Of a stretch of DNA of 64,000 bases, positions 31,685 to 44,338 are shown piece after piece. Positions within the stretch are counted from its first letter, which is position 1. Each line of letters begins with the position of its first letter. The DNA is taken from NCBI GenBank assembly GCA_000002445.1, contig CM000207.1:1344001-1408000 (forward strand). Reading direction: 5' to 3'. The DNA comes from Trypanosoma brucei. Lineage: Eukaryota. A program made the position numbers and the translations under genes. The notes under the pieces are model-generated. The model saw only the letters and a list, made by a program, of their open reading frames with translations. It had not been told where the DNA came from and made no database searches.

Positions 31685-31790
31685 TATTTTATGGCAGTAA
31701 CGAGACCTTACGTAAAGCAAAACTAAATAAGAGCGGAGACTGCAATGCAGAGTAAAAAAAAAAAACATGAATTTCAGAAGACCTTGCTGT
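30557..31790. repeat. Tandem direct repeat unit 1 (actin ORF plus ~105 bp of 5' flank)
   Basis: Aligns with 32071..33302 at an offset of 1514 bp. Only one synonymous difference was seen in the ORF (31425 t vs 32939 c). The A-run differs (A12 vs A10) upstream of the ATG. Identity ends at cagaagac. Confidence 0.9.
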
Positions 31791-32067
31791 GCAATGCTGC
31801 ATAGATAACAAACGCATCAAACACAACTGGTGGCACTATTTCAATCATGTCGACACACCAAGGCGAGAAAATTTGAGTTAAACAAGATGCCTACAACCCT
31901 ATATTTATTATCTTCAAGTGATCTTCTCTCCTCTTGTGCGCTGTACGTAAATGTGTTGCATATAAGGCATAGGGCTGAGTACAGGCACCACGCGCGAGGA
32001 AAATCATAAGCACTAGCCGTGTCAACTCACAGCAACTACAGAACAAATTTGGCCACACAACCCGGTG

Positions 32068-33198
32068 TTAAAAGCATTTGCTGTGTACGATGCTGGGTCC
32101 CGACTCGTCGTATTCACTCTTCGTTATCCACATCGACTGGAAGGTTGTTAGTGATGAGAGGATGGAACCGCCAATCCACACGCTATACTTGCGCTCCGGT
32201 GGTGCCACAACCTTAGGCTTGATCGATGACGGTGCAAGATTGCTGATCTCCTTTCCAAGTCGCTCAGGTAGGTTCTTGAACATCGTGGTACCGCCAGAGA
32301 GCACAATGTTGCCGTAGAGATCACGACGCACGTCAATGTCACACTTGTTGATGGACTGAAAGGTCATCTCATGGAACCCAGGAGCCTCATCAAGTCCAAT
32401 GAGAGCAGGCTTAAACAATGCCTCGGGACAGCGGAAACGCTGGTTCCCCACCTGCATAACATTGCCATCAGGAAGTTCGAACGGTTCTTCGCTGACAGAT
32501 TTAGCACTGTTCGTCATCTCTTCGTCGAAGTCCAGTGCAACGTAGCATAATTGTTCCTTAATATTCCGCACGATTTCCTTCTCAGCGGAGGTGGTGAACG
32601 TCATACCAGTCTCCATTAGGATCTTCATGAGATATTCCGTCAGGTCACGACCAGCCATGTCCACACGACGGATGGCATGAGGAAGAGAATAACCCTCATA
32701 TATGGGCACAGTATGTGTCACACCGTCACCAGCGTCGAGAACAATGCCAGTGGTACGGCCAGAAGAATACAGTGACAACACCGCCTGTATTCCGACGTAC
32801 ATGGCAGGTACACCAAATGTTTCAAACATAATCTGCGTCATTTTCTCACGGTTTTGCTTGGGGTTCATAGGCGCCTCAGTCAGTAGCACGTTGTGTGACT
32901 CAGGGTTGACGCGCAACTCGTTATAGAAGGTATGGTGCCAAACCTTTTCCATGTCATCCCAATTGGTCACAATTCCGTGCTCAATGGGGTACTTCAGCGC
33001 AAGCACACCACGTTTCGCCTGAGCTTCATCACCAACAAACAGTTTCTTGTTTGCACTTCCCATCATCGCTTGCTCATTTTTGGGGCGGCCGACGATGGAT
33101 GGAAATACGTGGCGAGGAGCATCATCTCCGGAGAAACCCGACTTCACCATACCCGAGCCATTGTCACAAACTATAGCAGTTTGTTCCTCGTCCGACAT
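32068..33198 (-). CDS. ACT: Actin (376 aa), tandem copy 2 (stop codon TAA)
   Basis: Protein identical to copy 1. ATG at 33196-33198, verified by reverse-complementing ttcctcgtccgacat to ATG TCG GAC GAG GAA. Confidence 0.95.
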   Translation of the reverse strand: MSDEEQTAIVCDNGSGMVKSGFSGDDAPRHVFPSIVGRPKNEQAMMGSANKKLFVGDEAQAKRGVLALKYPIEHGIVTNWDDMEKVWHHTFYNELRVNPESHNVLLTEAPMNPKQNREKMTQIMFETFGVPAMYVGIQAVLSLYSSGRTTGIVLDAGDGVTHTVPIYEGYSLPHAIRRVDMAGRDLTEYLMKILMETGMTFTTSAEKEIVRNIKEQLCYVALDFDEEMTNSAKSVSEEPFELPDGNVMQVGNQRFRCPEALFKPALIGLDEAPGFHEMTFQSINKCDIDVRRDLYGNIVLSGGTTMFKNLPERLGKEISNLAPSSIKPKVVAPPERKYSVWIGGSILSSLTTFQSMWITKSEYDESGPSIVHSKCF

Positions 33199-33302
33199 TA
33201 TTTTATGGCAGTAACGAGACCTTACGTAAAGCAAAACTAAATAAGAGCGGAGACTGCAATGCAGAGTAAAAAAAAAACATGAATTTCAGAAGACTTTGTT
33301 TT
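32071..33302. repeat. Tandem direct repeat unit 2 (actin ORF plus ~105 bp of 5' flank)
   Basis: See unit 1. The flanks diverge immediately 3' of the stop codons and ~105 bp 5' of the ATGs. Confidence 0.9.
33240..33300 (-). promoter_or_regulatory. Polypyrimidine tract / SL acceptor region upstream of actin copy 2 (identical element upstream of copy 1 at ~31726-31790)
   Basis: Plus-strand agagtaaaaaaaaaacatg equals a T-run on the transcribed strand, within the conserved repeat flank. Confidence 0.4.
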
Positions 33303-36300
33303 ATAAATGTAACAATTTTTTGTACTGTTATGTCAAAATCTTTTTTCAATTACGGATATTTACGCAGTTATTAACTTGCAGAATGGCGGTAGTTCATAGG
33401 ATGTCATTTGATGGTAACAGCGTTTATTCTTCGCATTCGTACACCTTGATTATTTTGTAGACATCCCTCTTGGCTCATATGTTCGATATCTTATCTTTTG
33501 TTGAACCCAGTGTCGTAGAAACCAGTCGTTTTTTCGTCATCTTAATGTTGGTTAACGTTCCGTGGTAACTTCGTTGTCCCTGGGGGAAAGCGGCCGACAA
33601 TGTATATGTTCTCGTGGCTAGCGTCAACTTTGTGGTCGTTTTTTGTTATTACATCCCCGACGACAAGTGAAAAAGATGGGTGGCGTACGCGGCCGTTTGT
33701 CCTAGTTTAACAGAATGTACCGCCTATTTCACACTTATGGGTATTGACTGAACGCCGCATGCAAGATGTTTTAAACACCTCCAGGTTGAAGCAGTGTTAA
33801 CCAACCACGCCTAATGTTTTGAATGTCACGACCTTTGAGCATTTGGATACTGCAACCAAATAATCAAGCCGCATCATTATGATGTGACTGAGGAAAAAAG
33901 AAACAAAAATGTCCCGCTAAGGTTCCACATGCTTCACCAAAAGCGACCTTAAGCCAACAAGTGGAAGATGACAACAGCATCCTCAGGTTGCGAGAACACA
34001 TTGTTTCGAACACCATGTGTGTTTTCATAGTGTGTAAGTACAGCCCCTTGTCTGATTACCACGAAAACACAAGTGAGTTAGAAGCCTTACCATCTGGTGA
34101 AAGGTCAAACTAACTCATATACGTTCCTCCTTGTCGTAAAACAAAAACAACCAAATCGATTACTAAACAAATAGCAGAACAATCTACAAACAGAGGGAGA
34201 CACTCGGCGGACAATAGTAAATGAATAGTAGTTAGTTGAGAAAAGCATGTGTCCACCTTCCAACACGAAACAGTAGCACACAAGTTGTTGTTACATGAAA
34301 AAAGTGAAGCGAAAATATACGATGCCTCTTTTCCTGCATACAAAACCTGGGTTCCGGATAACCTGGCAGTACAAAAAAAAAAAAGTCGAACTACATCGTG
34401 CGTCAAGCTATCGCTGCAACAAACCCTCCCATATGATATTCAAAACCCATAAGATATATATTTCACCTACATACCGTGGGGAGAAAAAAACCAAATTAAA
34501 CGGGGTCAGGAAGATGCAGGTGGAATACCCGAGTAAATGCGAAGCACCCGGGCACGGTCGTCCCATATTCGAGACACAGTTTTAAAAACAAAAAAGCTGA
34601 TTAGATAGATCACTTTAACAAGGGGAGAATAGCCCATAACCCATTCACACCAGTCGTTCACGTGTAAAAAAAAAAAGGAATAGGTGTGAGAGTTTCTCTC
34701 TTACAAAAAATAAAAATTAAAAAGCAGGGACCCCGATGAGTGCTCTCTGTCCAGTAAGAGTGCCCCAACAAAAAGGTTACATCACAGAAACACAAAGTCC
34801 AGGGAGAAACAGGGTTAACGAGTGCATAGTGTAATACTTTTAAAACATAAAATTCGAGACAAATTGTGATTAATGCATGTTTCAAAAAATAATTTTATTT
34901 CCACCAGCATAAAGAGGAAAGTTCCCCATTCACCTCATGTTACAGCAGCGATAACGCTAGGAAACGCACTGGTCAGTTGATTTCCGTTCCGCTGAGTTTG
35001 ATAAGCTCAGGTGTGAATTAAAAACGTACTCACGACAATGCCGATGGTAAATCGGGTGAATAAAACATCTATGTATGCTCGAAAAACACATGACATTATA
35101 AATACGTCTCCATAGTGCCTACGGAGTCAAATCGAAGGAGGCTGTTGACGGAAATACACTACAAATCGTCAGTTTGAATCATTGCAGCACACCAATGAGA
35201 TCTGAAAGATGCAAAAAAAAAGTATATGTGTTTCTATGGTACTATCCAAAATAATAACTGCAGAACGACGTCTCAACAAAAGAAATCATAATTATAATAA
35301 TGTTAATTTAATAATGACAACATTAACTTCAGTATACTATATTTCATCATGAAGATTTTAAGGGTAGAAATCGGGTACAACACGCATCCGGAAATGTTGG
35401 AATCAACCCTTTATTCCCTCACCTGCATCGTTGTACAAGTTAATACTGAATGCGACATGAAAGTACGTCACCACAGACAACGTCACCTCAAAACGGTACA
35501 GACACTCCCAGCCGGTTGGGTTAAACAACGCCATGCTGAAACTTTTACCCAGAGCAAGTCTACATGCAACATGCTGTTAGGGCACAAAAGTGCATACAAC
35601 GACGTTACAATGATTTAGGTCGATTTTTAAAAATATGTTGCAAATGGTAAAGATGGAACGAGCAGAAACCTTGTCCAATCATCCGAACACTGTTATACAC
35701 CAGAAGTTTTAACAAATAAAAAAAATAACGATCACCCACTTTGCGACAATTATCCCTTAAACCCATATACTTACGGGACAATAGAAGACACATTTCTCTG
35801 AAGTAATCCGAAGTGACTCATCCGCATCATTAGGTCCCCATAAAAACTACAATGGTGGAACCTTCAGAAGTGAACGGGATCATCCACATATGCAAAGCGG
35901 ACGAGTTTAGTCATTCAATTAATCATCGGCATGTACTGTGGACGTCCGACGACCTATTTCCTGTGTTCCGGTGAACATTCAAGTGCAACACGATGCCCAC
36001 TAGAAGATCCCTCAAAATCTTCTTTGCATGGAAAACCCAGAAAAATACTTAACCATCAGAACGAGCGGTGAATAGCGACATCACACTAATTACTCATCTA
36101 CCACTGGGCAAGGGCGGGTAGAATATTTTTTAAAAAAAATGAATGTGATGGAGCCTGTGCATTACCTTGATGCAGTAAATGGCACGCCCAAGCACTTGCA
36201 CCGAAACGTTCACCACCGAAGAAGGGTATTATACGCGTAACAAATGTGGGCGTCTTTTCGGTGTATCCACCAAAACCTTCTAGCAGTGTACTGTATTCCC

Positions 36301-37140
36301 AAAGGGGGAGCAAAGAGAAATGAAGACCGAACTCATCATAGGGAAGCGGATCAATATTGATACATCAAAGTTGGGCTGTTGGTTAAAAAAAAAATGGAAG
36401 TTCACCGACACAAAAGAAATCTACAAAGAGCCACACCACCATCAAAAAAAAAAAGAAGGAAAGTGGTGACATGGGTTTATTTAAGTTTTCTTTACATCAC
36501 CACTCGACAACAACGCGAACTCAAAAAAATGGTGCGAAAGAGGCAGCCAAAAAGTTCACCAACGATCGCTCTTGCAGACGGCATCAAGTGGAGCAGATGC
36601 TTCCTTTCCTTCCCGAGTTTTACGCCACCATAGTGTGGCATACGAGGGACCCGGGACACCGATGGGTTTGAATGGCATATTTCCAACCATCCCACTCACA
36701 CTCATGAATCGGAACAGAGTCAACTGGTCGCAGCGAGGGCAGTGGTCATTGCGAAGTGTAAGCTTCCTACAATAGCTGTTCGATACCGCAAATTCGTACA
36801 TGTAACCACAACGAAAGCACGAAAACAACGCCATCCTGCCGATATCCTAACAGAGAAGTTGAAAGGCGAAGGGGAATTTTTTGCTTTCAACACAAACGCA
36901 AGTGAGAAAGTCCAGACGGGGAGAAAGGGGACATACTTCTAAGAAAATGCGTGCTTCAGCATCGCCTAGGTCATGCAGGCGCACGCACACATATACGTAG
37001 GCACCGGCAGCGCAAGGGTTTCAGCATAGCCTCCAAGCGACAGAACCAACCAAATACCAACCAACAAACGGTACAAAAGTCACCCATCACCCACCAAAGG
37101 AGCCACACCAACGGTGGCAACTTCTTTCCTCCCTCTCCAG

Positions 37141-37167
37141 CCCCCCCCCCCTTTAAAAAAAGGGGGG
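37141..37167. repeat. Quasi-palindromic homopolymer block C11-TTT-A7-G6
   Basis: ccccccccccctttaaaaaaagggggg seen directly inside the GC-rich island. Confidence 0.9.
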
Positions 37168-40100
37168 CGCTCATCCTCGCACGATTGATAAAAGGAGGTA
37201 CGTCACACGCCCCCCGAGTGCCCCCGGCCCGACAAATACCCTTCAAAGATAAGACAAAAGACCAGCGGCGAAGTGGGGGGCCACACACACACACCGCAGC
37301 CGAAGCAACCCACCAGATTTTGTGGTGGCCCTCCCGTTCAAAGCGACCTGCACCAGCGCCTTATCATGCTCGACACCCAAACCCGCCGACAGGCGCCGAA
37401 GGACCGACACCGTAACTATGATCCGCATTCCACACCTGAGCCGAACCCCAGTAAAAACAAACAAAACACACGAAAATACGGCCCGCCCACGAGCGGAGGT
37501 GGGTGTGGACGGCCCCGCGGCAACAGATACAACCAGCATCCCAAAAACGCTCACAACAGGCACCGGCTCCGCCCACCACTCACGACGAGCCGGTCCGCAC
37601 ATGAGGTTAGTGGAAGAAAAAAAAACAACGGTCCAGCACAACGCCACTAGCACCAACACCAGGCAGGGCCAAACCTTTGACGAAGCAGTGCTCCACGGGC
37701 ATGGGACCCACGCGAGCCTCCGGTTTCTCGCAAAAGTAAGAGGTCATAAACATTGGCCCCACAGCGGGGCCCCAGCCGCGGTGCCAAAGCAGCGACAGGC
37801 CAATCCCCACACACGCGGAGTCCCCACCGCCACTGGCGTACGAACCTTTAATTGTTGCGAATGCGGCGGCCAGCCGCCCCCATGCACCCCGGGCCCCGAG
37901 CATCAGAGCAGCCGGATGGCCGCCCAGCATCGGAGAGAAGGCCGGTGGCAACACCACCCACTGTCCCTGGGGATGGGGGAGGGACAATGAACGAAATACC
38001 CATTCAACACTTTCCTCAACGCGTGGAGAACGGTGACGGGACCAAATGCAAAAAAAAAAAAGAAGAGCGCACACTAACCACATGATGCGGGCGCACGGCG
38101 TCGGCGGAACCGCCTGCACGGGGTGGGGGCATAGCGGCAGGGAATGGCGTAGGCGTCGCGAAAGATCTAAGGGCAATAAGATGTGTTGAAGTCAAACCTG
38201 CCGAACGCCTGTTCAATCGCGAAGACCAGACAACATTCGTGTCAACATATTTCCACAAATCAACTATCCTTAACCAATAACGGCTGAGGACGTTGAATTC
38301 GACGGAGGGCCGCTCATTGTGGTGTGGACATGAGTTCCCGCAGCCGACCGTGGAACCGAGCCACCGCTTCTGGAAAAGCAGTCGAATGCGCGGTTCGATG
38401 GCGCCCGAGAGGGGAAAAGAAGATCACCGGAGTGCAGCTCTTCCCTCGCATTACTTAGACACTGTATGAAGTAGGAGGGGCTGTGGTGGAGGCGGAAGAA
38501 AGGTAGCAGCAGCGGATTCACCGGCAACACACACAGGGCAAACGTCAGCGGAGGCCGCGACGGGCCCATTCTGGTCACAACCTCCAGCGCATCATTCACA
38601 CGTAGCAAGACTGACCCGAACAGCTTGGCAATAAAGCGGCGTGCAAGAATCGCAGAAAAGATACGGGTGGTTCCTAAGGCGGAGCGGGTGGGAGAAGCTA
38701 AACCATTTTATAATCCACACTAAGAATCAAGGCACAAAAAAAGCATCTCCCGTGGGGGAAGAGCGTGTTGACGACATTTTCCCGGCCAAAGGGCCCAACC
38801 TTATCGACCCAACAGCAGAAAAACTTTCTAGCACCTCGAAGAAGCAACAACGGTGGGCAAGGTGAACTCAGCGGTGAAAGAAACGACCCCAAGGCAACAC
38901 GAATACAAAACAGAAAAACTGGAAGAGGCCGAGGCAGGAATGTGAGACCTGGCTGCCGCGGCACTTGCACCACGGACGTTGAGCACATTAGTTGTAGGCG
39001 TCAAAGAGCAGAAGCCAACAAAACGGCGGTAAGCAGATGCTGTTGCGGAAATGTACTAAAAGAGGCTCAGAAAGATACGGCGAGCTCCGAGGGTGGAATT
39101 ATCAGGGGTAACAAACTATAAGTCTAAGTTGTTTGATTACGGAGGAGCGGAGGTTGACACAGAGTGACGTATACGCTGGAACTGCACCTAGAGAAGATTG
39201 CACACACGGAAAGAAATTGTAGAACCTTGTTTGGAAAGAGAGGAAATGCTTCGTGAGGTTTTATAATCACCGCGTGGAACACGGCGGAATACCCGGGCGG
39301 GGGTGAGAAGGGCGGTAAAACATCACTCTCGGGAGACAGAAAAAGCTTGCAAAAGAGGCGGCGGCAGCCCGAGAAGCGGCCCTTAGAAGTGTTTTCTCCA
39401 AGTCGATGAGGGGTTGATTGGCAGTACACTGAAAGGTCACTTTGATCGGTTGCTTACATCAAAGAAACCGCCGTTTATGCCAAAGCACCAAGCAGTAGAC
39501 ACCAAGTTTTTGACGTTTGGTGAAACAAGGTGGAGAAATGGGGAGACAGCAACTGCTTTCATGGATCGTGCAAGAGCGACCGGCTCAATGGATCGTCGGG
39601 GGATCACTCACTGTGGTTTTAAATCGCTGCGATGCGCATCTCCGCTTAGCGAGACGGATAGGACAGTTGCCGCATAACCGAAAATCCAAAATGAAGATGA
39701 GCAACGCGTAGCCAGGAGATTTCCTCGACCTTAGGGGTGTGGCGGGAATTTGTCCTCGAACCACTTCTGGTCGCTGTGATAATGGAAGCATAATAAGAGG
39801 CACTGATCGGAGCACAGGGATTAAGCATACCTTCCTTGCAAACGGTCCAATCGTCATACGCGCCGGCAGAGGTCTAAAAAAATTTTGAGCAAACGCCACG
39901 GAGGGAGCCTCGGTTGTGTGCCAATGAACGGTCGAAAAGACCTTTCGTGGAAATTTCGGCTGAAGAGGAATGCACAACGTCTCGGTGCTGCCGCGCAGCT
40001 GAATGGACTTTTGAGTGCCTGAGATGCTGGTAAACAAGCCGAATGCACCTAATATATCGAGCCTTACTTCACAACTGGTTAAGATCGCCGTGAAGCGTGT

Positions 40101-43054
40101 TCAAAAAATTTTAAGCCACCAAATCGAAACCTCCCAAGCCGTTTACAGATTCCTCAGTGTGGTAGGGTCGTGGGTACGACATTCCGTGGCTGTTTTCATC
40201 TCGCGTTGGCCCCATCGCACGGCAGGGACGGGAAAGAACTACGGTGTTTGGATGTCTTTGAGCGTGGTTGGGGAAACCCCACTGCTGCAGAGCGCTACTC
40301 GAGTTACATCATAGCAAGCGCGTTGCGAAAGGCGCGGAGAGGGGAGGCCCTCTTTTTAAGTTCCCCCGCTTATTGCCGCAACTGTGACGCGCAACGTTGC
40401 ATTTTGTGCTAATGTGGAGGCTGTGGGACAGGAAAATGCGACGTTGCGAAGCCGCACCCTGTCGTATGCGAAGCCACCTGGTTTTCCGAGTTGACAGCCG
40501 CTCGCCACGAACGGAGGGCCCTCTTTATTGTAAAACCCAAACAAGGAAGCAGAGTTCAAGACGTGAAAATGGGGGAACACCGGACGGTCGCGTCGGGAGG
40601 CCGCTGTGAGCGACAAATACGCTCTCCAGCGGAAACATCGACCTCGTCATCAACCGACAGTGCGGCGCCTTTGGTTTGCTTTGTTTCACAAGGCGTGCAT
40701 GCGCACATCGCAGCCGCCACGCAGCCTTTTTCTTCGCACAGGTTTTGTTGGTGCGGAATGAGCGCCCAAAAAGGTTGGTGCACGTAGTAATGGCCAAACT
40801 TAACCGAGGTCTACGCAGTTCGAAGGCGCCGCACATATATGCATATGCGTTGCGCCATGTTTCCCTAAAGTTGTCCAGTGGGTGAGCGTTTTTCTTTTTT
40901 TTTTCTTCACGTATGATGGCCGCGCCTGACTACCGCTGGCTTTGGATTTGGGGAACCGGCGCGCACTAACGAAATGCTGATCGCCGTTGCGTTCGGTGTT
41001 CTCGTTGACTTGTGGGATGTTTACGAACGCGAACTCTGTGGAAAGTTGAAATAATTAAGACGAAAATGCCTTATGGCAGCGCTGCGGATGATCAGGGAGC
41101 TACAGAAATGGAGGAAGAGGAGAATGTGATCGGGAATTCTTTCTTTCCCTTTAGTGACGTACACGGATGGTGGTTGGGAAATTGTTGGGATACGCTTTAG
41201 GAACGCCTCTGGCGGTGTCCGAAGATTTTTTTTTTCGTGCTGGACGAGGCGGGGGATAACTACACCAATAACTTTTTTTTTTTAAAGGAAACAGTTCGGA
41301 AACGGAAGTATCTCTATAACTCAATATCAGGGTACGACAAAAATCTGAACGCGCGGGGTAAATATAAGGGGGTGCGGTCTTCCTCTCAACTCATCACTTC
41401 CCCCTGTTTGTTTTACTGCTGCCTTCACTCCATGACAACGTCGGTATCATAGGGCAAAAATGCAAACATGTACTCTCCCGTATGGATGGGCGATCATGGA
41501 GCACATCACCGCACGCGATTGATTATTTTCCACCACCAAAACGAAAAAAAAGGGGGAAAAAAGACATGCGTAGCGCACAGTGTGTGTGAACACAGCGTTG
41601 AGTTCCAAAAGTTCCGCTTCACCACCTCATTGCGTTTTCTTTTCTCCCCCTTTCCTCAAACCCTCCAGATGCACGAAGATATCGGAATGAAAAGTAAGAG
41701 AGGGTAGAGACGTCCGATATGTGGCCCTGCAAACGCTAAATGCGACACGGCCCACAAAATGTGATAATATTCAGTTTTGTCACAATATACTGAGATCTCT
41801 CATACATTGGTCCTTTACCGCTCGAACCAATGGTGTGTGCCTTCATTTCCACTTTAGGCTTCACTGCCGTTATTCCGGTGATGATCAGAAGTTTGTATGA
41901 CTCCAGCACTGCGGATAATTCGCATTAGATATTTTACAGTAATTAGTGAGGCATTGATGACCATGTTGCCTTTAAGAACTGTACAGCATATTAGCAACAA
42001 TGACCTTATTCGAAAGATGGAGGGTATACCGCCCGTTCCTCTTCCCCTTCTCCATCCTTGTTGTGGGCAGAAAATAGCCTTGTGACCTGCTTCCAACAAG
42101 ACCTTTCATCTCCTACTGACTGATAAGGTGTTAACCGTAATGCACCGCTGCCAATATCAAAAATAAAATTAAAAAAAACCGCCATAGCCCTGTTCAATCC
42201 ACCTTTGCGCTATGGAAGGAAATTTGTCATCATCGTGCACGTTAAAACTTTTCCTCCCGATCCATAGCACCTGCATTTGCGAAGCCAGTACCATTGGGAA
42301 TTTAAAATAGTTTCATCACCCCTCCCCGCCTCGGTAAAACACCCAAACGGACCACGCATTGGCGCGTGAGGCGGACTCCAACAAGTCACAGACGTACACG
42401 CACATACATACATGAGAGTAAATGAGGCGCAAACCTACTTCTGTCTATCTTCACTTCCTTGGTTTTTAGCTTCAATAACCATGCGTGCTCCAGTCAATCG
42501 ATGCAGCAGTGACATTTTCTTGAATCAGCCTCGTATCACTGAATTGTGCAGCAAATGTACGCGCGAAACGCTGGGGATACCTCCGCATAAAGACATAATC
42601 GTCTCGTCCATGGGATCGCTGCGTGAGACTTTTTCGTGCGTGGGCAAGAGCTCTGCGGCAGAGCAAAGGCACGGAGGTGCAAATGCGATGTTTAACTGCT
42701 TTCATATTTATCAATGTCCTTCACATCTAAGCCATATCACCAAACTTTATCCTAACTGCTAAATGTATACGTGTGAACTCAAATAAACGATGATGTGGGA
42801 ACAAAACGGCAAATCTCCATTGGACCGTATTACATCAGGAGAAAGTTACCAAGTGAGTGTCGTAGAGCATTTCGAAACACTATTAGTGCTATTATTACAA
42901 AAACCTCACGTATTGTGTTGATGACGTGGTCATAATGACCAGTATTCTTGTTCCCCTTTCCCCCCTCCCCAATCCACCACACCGCTTTCTTTCTTTTCTT
43001 TACGTAGGGGTGAATCGCAACAGCCAAGTCCCGGTGAAACACCGATCGAGCTAT

Positions 43055-44338
43055 TCATTTCCGTTTCTTATTTTCCTCCTTAATGGCATCGAGCCGTTGG
43101 GCGAGTGGTGGATGAGAGTAGTGCAGCGCAGCGAAGAGCGGATCGGGTGTAAGCAAGTTCTTATTCTCCTTGTGTATAACCATCAGTCCTCTTATAAGCG
43201 GTTCACCATACCCAGAACTAACGGCGTACCGATCCGCCTGGAACTCAAATTGACGAGTCACGAGTGACACAAGATAACCCAGGAGTGTGTTAATGGGCTC
43301 CAAAAACACTTGGCTGAACAGCTCGAAACCAATGAGCGGATTGGCATCGCTGAACCCAAACTGCTTGTACAAGTCAGTGTTGAAAATTACGGCCTTTGCG
43401 CCGTATGATATACACCACGTTTGAGCAACCATAAAACCGAAGAAGAATTTGTCGTGGGAGTTCTTCCAGTGGCCGAGCTCGTGGCAAAGAACGGCAAGCA
43501 GCGCGTCGTGATCATCCTTCGTCTGCTCAACGATCGTATCATACAAAACAATGTGCTTCGACCAAAAACCATAGAAGTACGCGTTGCTGTGACCCGAGCG
43601 CCGCGAACCATCAACTTCGTATAGTTTCTTCAAAGGAAACTTGTGCTTTTCAGCGAGTGCATATATCTTCTTCCCCAACTCACCGTCCTTCGGTATCGGC
43701 GTGTACGTGTTGAATAGGGGCTGGATGAAAGTGGGGTAAACGAAGGTGAAAATGGTGATCAGGCCCGTCGCACCGAGGAAAAAGTAAAATGGGAAATCCT
43801 CGCCGAACAGTTCCACCACCTTGAGGATGAGCCCACTGGTCAGAACGTGCAACAGAGTCAGGCGAAGCAGAAAATACTTGGCAACGTCCAGAAAGAATTC
43901 CTTGCGCGTCATTTTGTTGAACCCATGTTTCTCCTCGATCACAAATGTTGAGTAGTATTCAAAAGGAAGGCTTATGAGTGTCGTTAGCACATCCGTTGCG
44001 ACGGCGTAAACGTAGCAATGTGAAAAGGAGCCCGTAGCCCCTGGTAATAGTTGGCCAAGGGATCCGTACAACTTGGCGGGCAGTTTTGCCAGCAGGGAGA
44101 CGTTGCTTATGACAATGTCCTTTACGTGCAACAAGATTGAAAAGCTGAGTTTCTCCCTTTCGTACTCCTGAGTGGTACGGAACTCCTTCTCTTCCACGAC
44201 GCCGACAAGGTGTTCAGGCATCTTTGCATTCGCGTATGCTTTACGCTGCCGGCGTTGAAGGTAAAGGTCCCACAGCGCCAGCGCATTGAGGCCGATCAGC
44301 GCCGTACCGTAAAATGTCATCCCACCCCACGCAACCAT
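43055..44338 (-). CDS. STE24: CAAX prenyl protease 1 (STE24/ZMPSTE24, peptidase M48)
   Basis: HExxH zinc motif in LLAVLCHELGHWKNSHD. Multiple N-terminal hydrophobic helices. C-terminal HPPLAQRL typical of STE24. Confidence 0.85.
   Translation of the reverse strand: MVAWGGMTFYGTALIGLNALALWDLYLQRRQRKAYANAKMPEHLVGVVEEKEFRTTQEYEREKLSFSILLHVKDIVISNVSLLAKLPAKLYGSLGQLLPGATGSFSHCYVYAVATDVLTTLISLPFEYYSTFVIEEKHGFNKMTRKEFFLDVAKYFLLRLTLLHVLTSGLILKVVELFGEDFPFYFFLGATGLITIFTFVYPTFIQPLFNTYTPIPKDGELGKKIYALAEKHKFPLKKLYEVDGSRRSGHSNAYFYGFWSKHIVLYDTIVEQTKDDHDALLAVLCHELGHWKNSHDKFFFGFMVAQTWCISYGAKAVIFNTDLYKQFGFSDANPLIGFELFSQVFLEPINTLLGYLVSLVTRQFEFQADRYAVSSGYGEPLIRGLMVIHKENKNLLTPDPLFAALHYSHPPLAQRLDAIKEENKKRK

Noticed and set aside
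30564-33240. Duplicated plus-strand ORFs (79 aa, 74 aa, 102 aa) appearing twice
   Set aside because: They are antisense to the two actin genes and duplicated only because actin is duplicated. Not independent genes.
36770-36790. tRNA B-box-like strings (tgttcgatacc at ~36776; ccgctcgaacc at ~41823)
   Set aside because: Attempts to fold the surrounding sequence into a cloverleaf (acceptor, D and T stems) failed. No matching A box at the right spacing. I cannot call a tRNA by eye, so tRNAscan-SE should be run.
36951-38258. Cluster of overlapping 100-220 aa ORFs on both strands in the GC-rich island (e.g. 37322..37990 +, 37607..38176 -, 36951..37415 +)
   Set aside because: Mutually overlapping on both strands, Pro/Arg/Gly/Ala-rich as expected from GC-rich non-coding DNA, with no motifs. 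Treated as non-coding.
40390-40460. Short palindromes and near-repeats (gcaacgttgc; gaggggaggccctcttt / ggagggccctcttt) in the ORF desert
   Set aside because: Too short and isolated to assign function. Noted only as possible protein-binding or hairpin sites pending computational repeat analysis.
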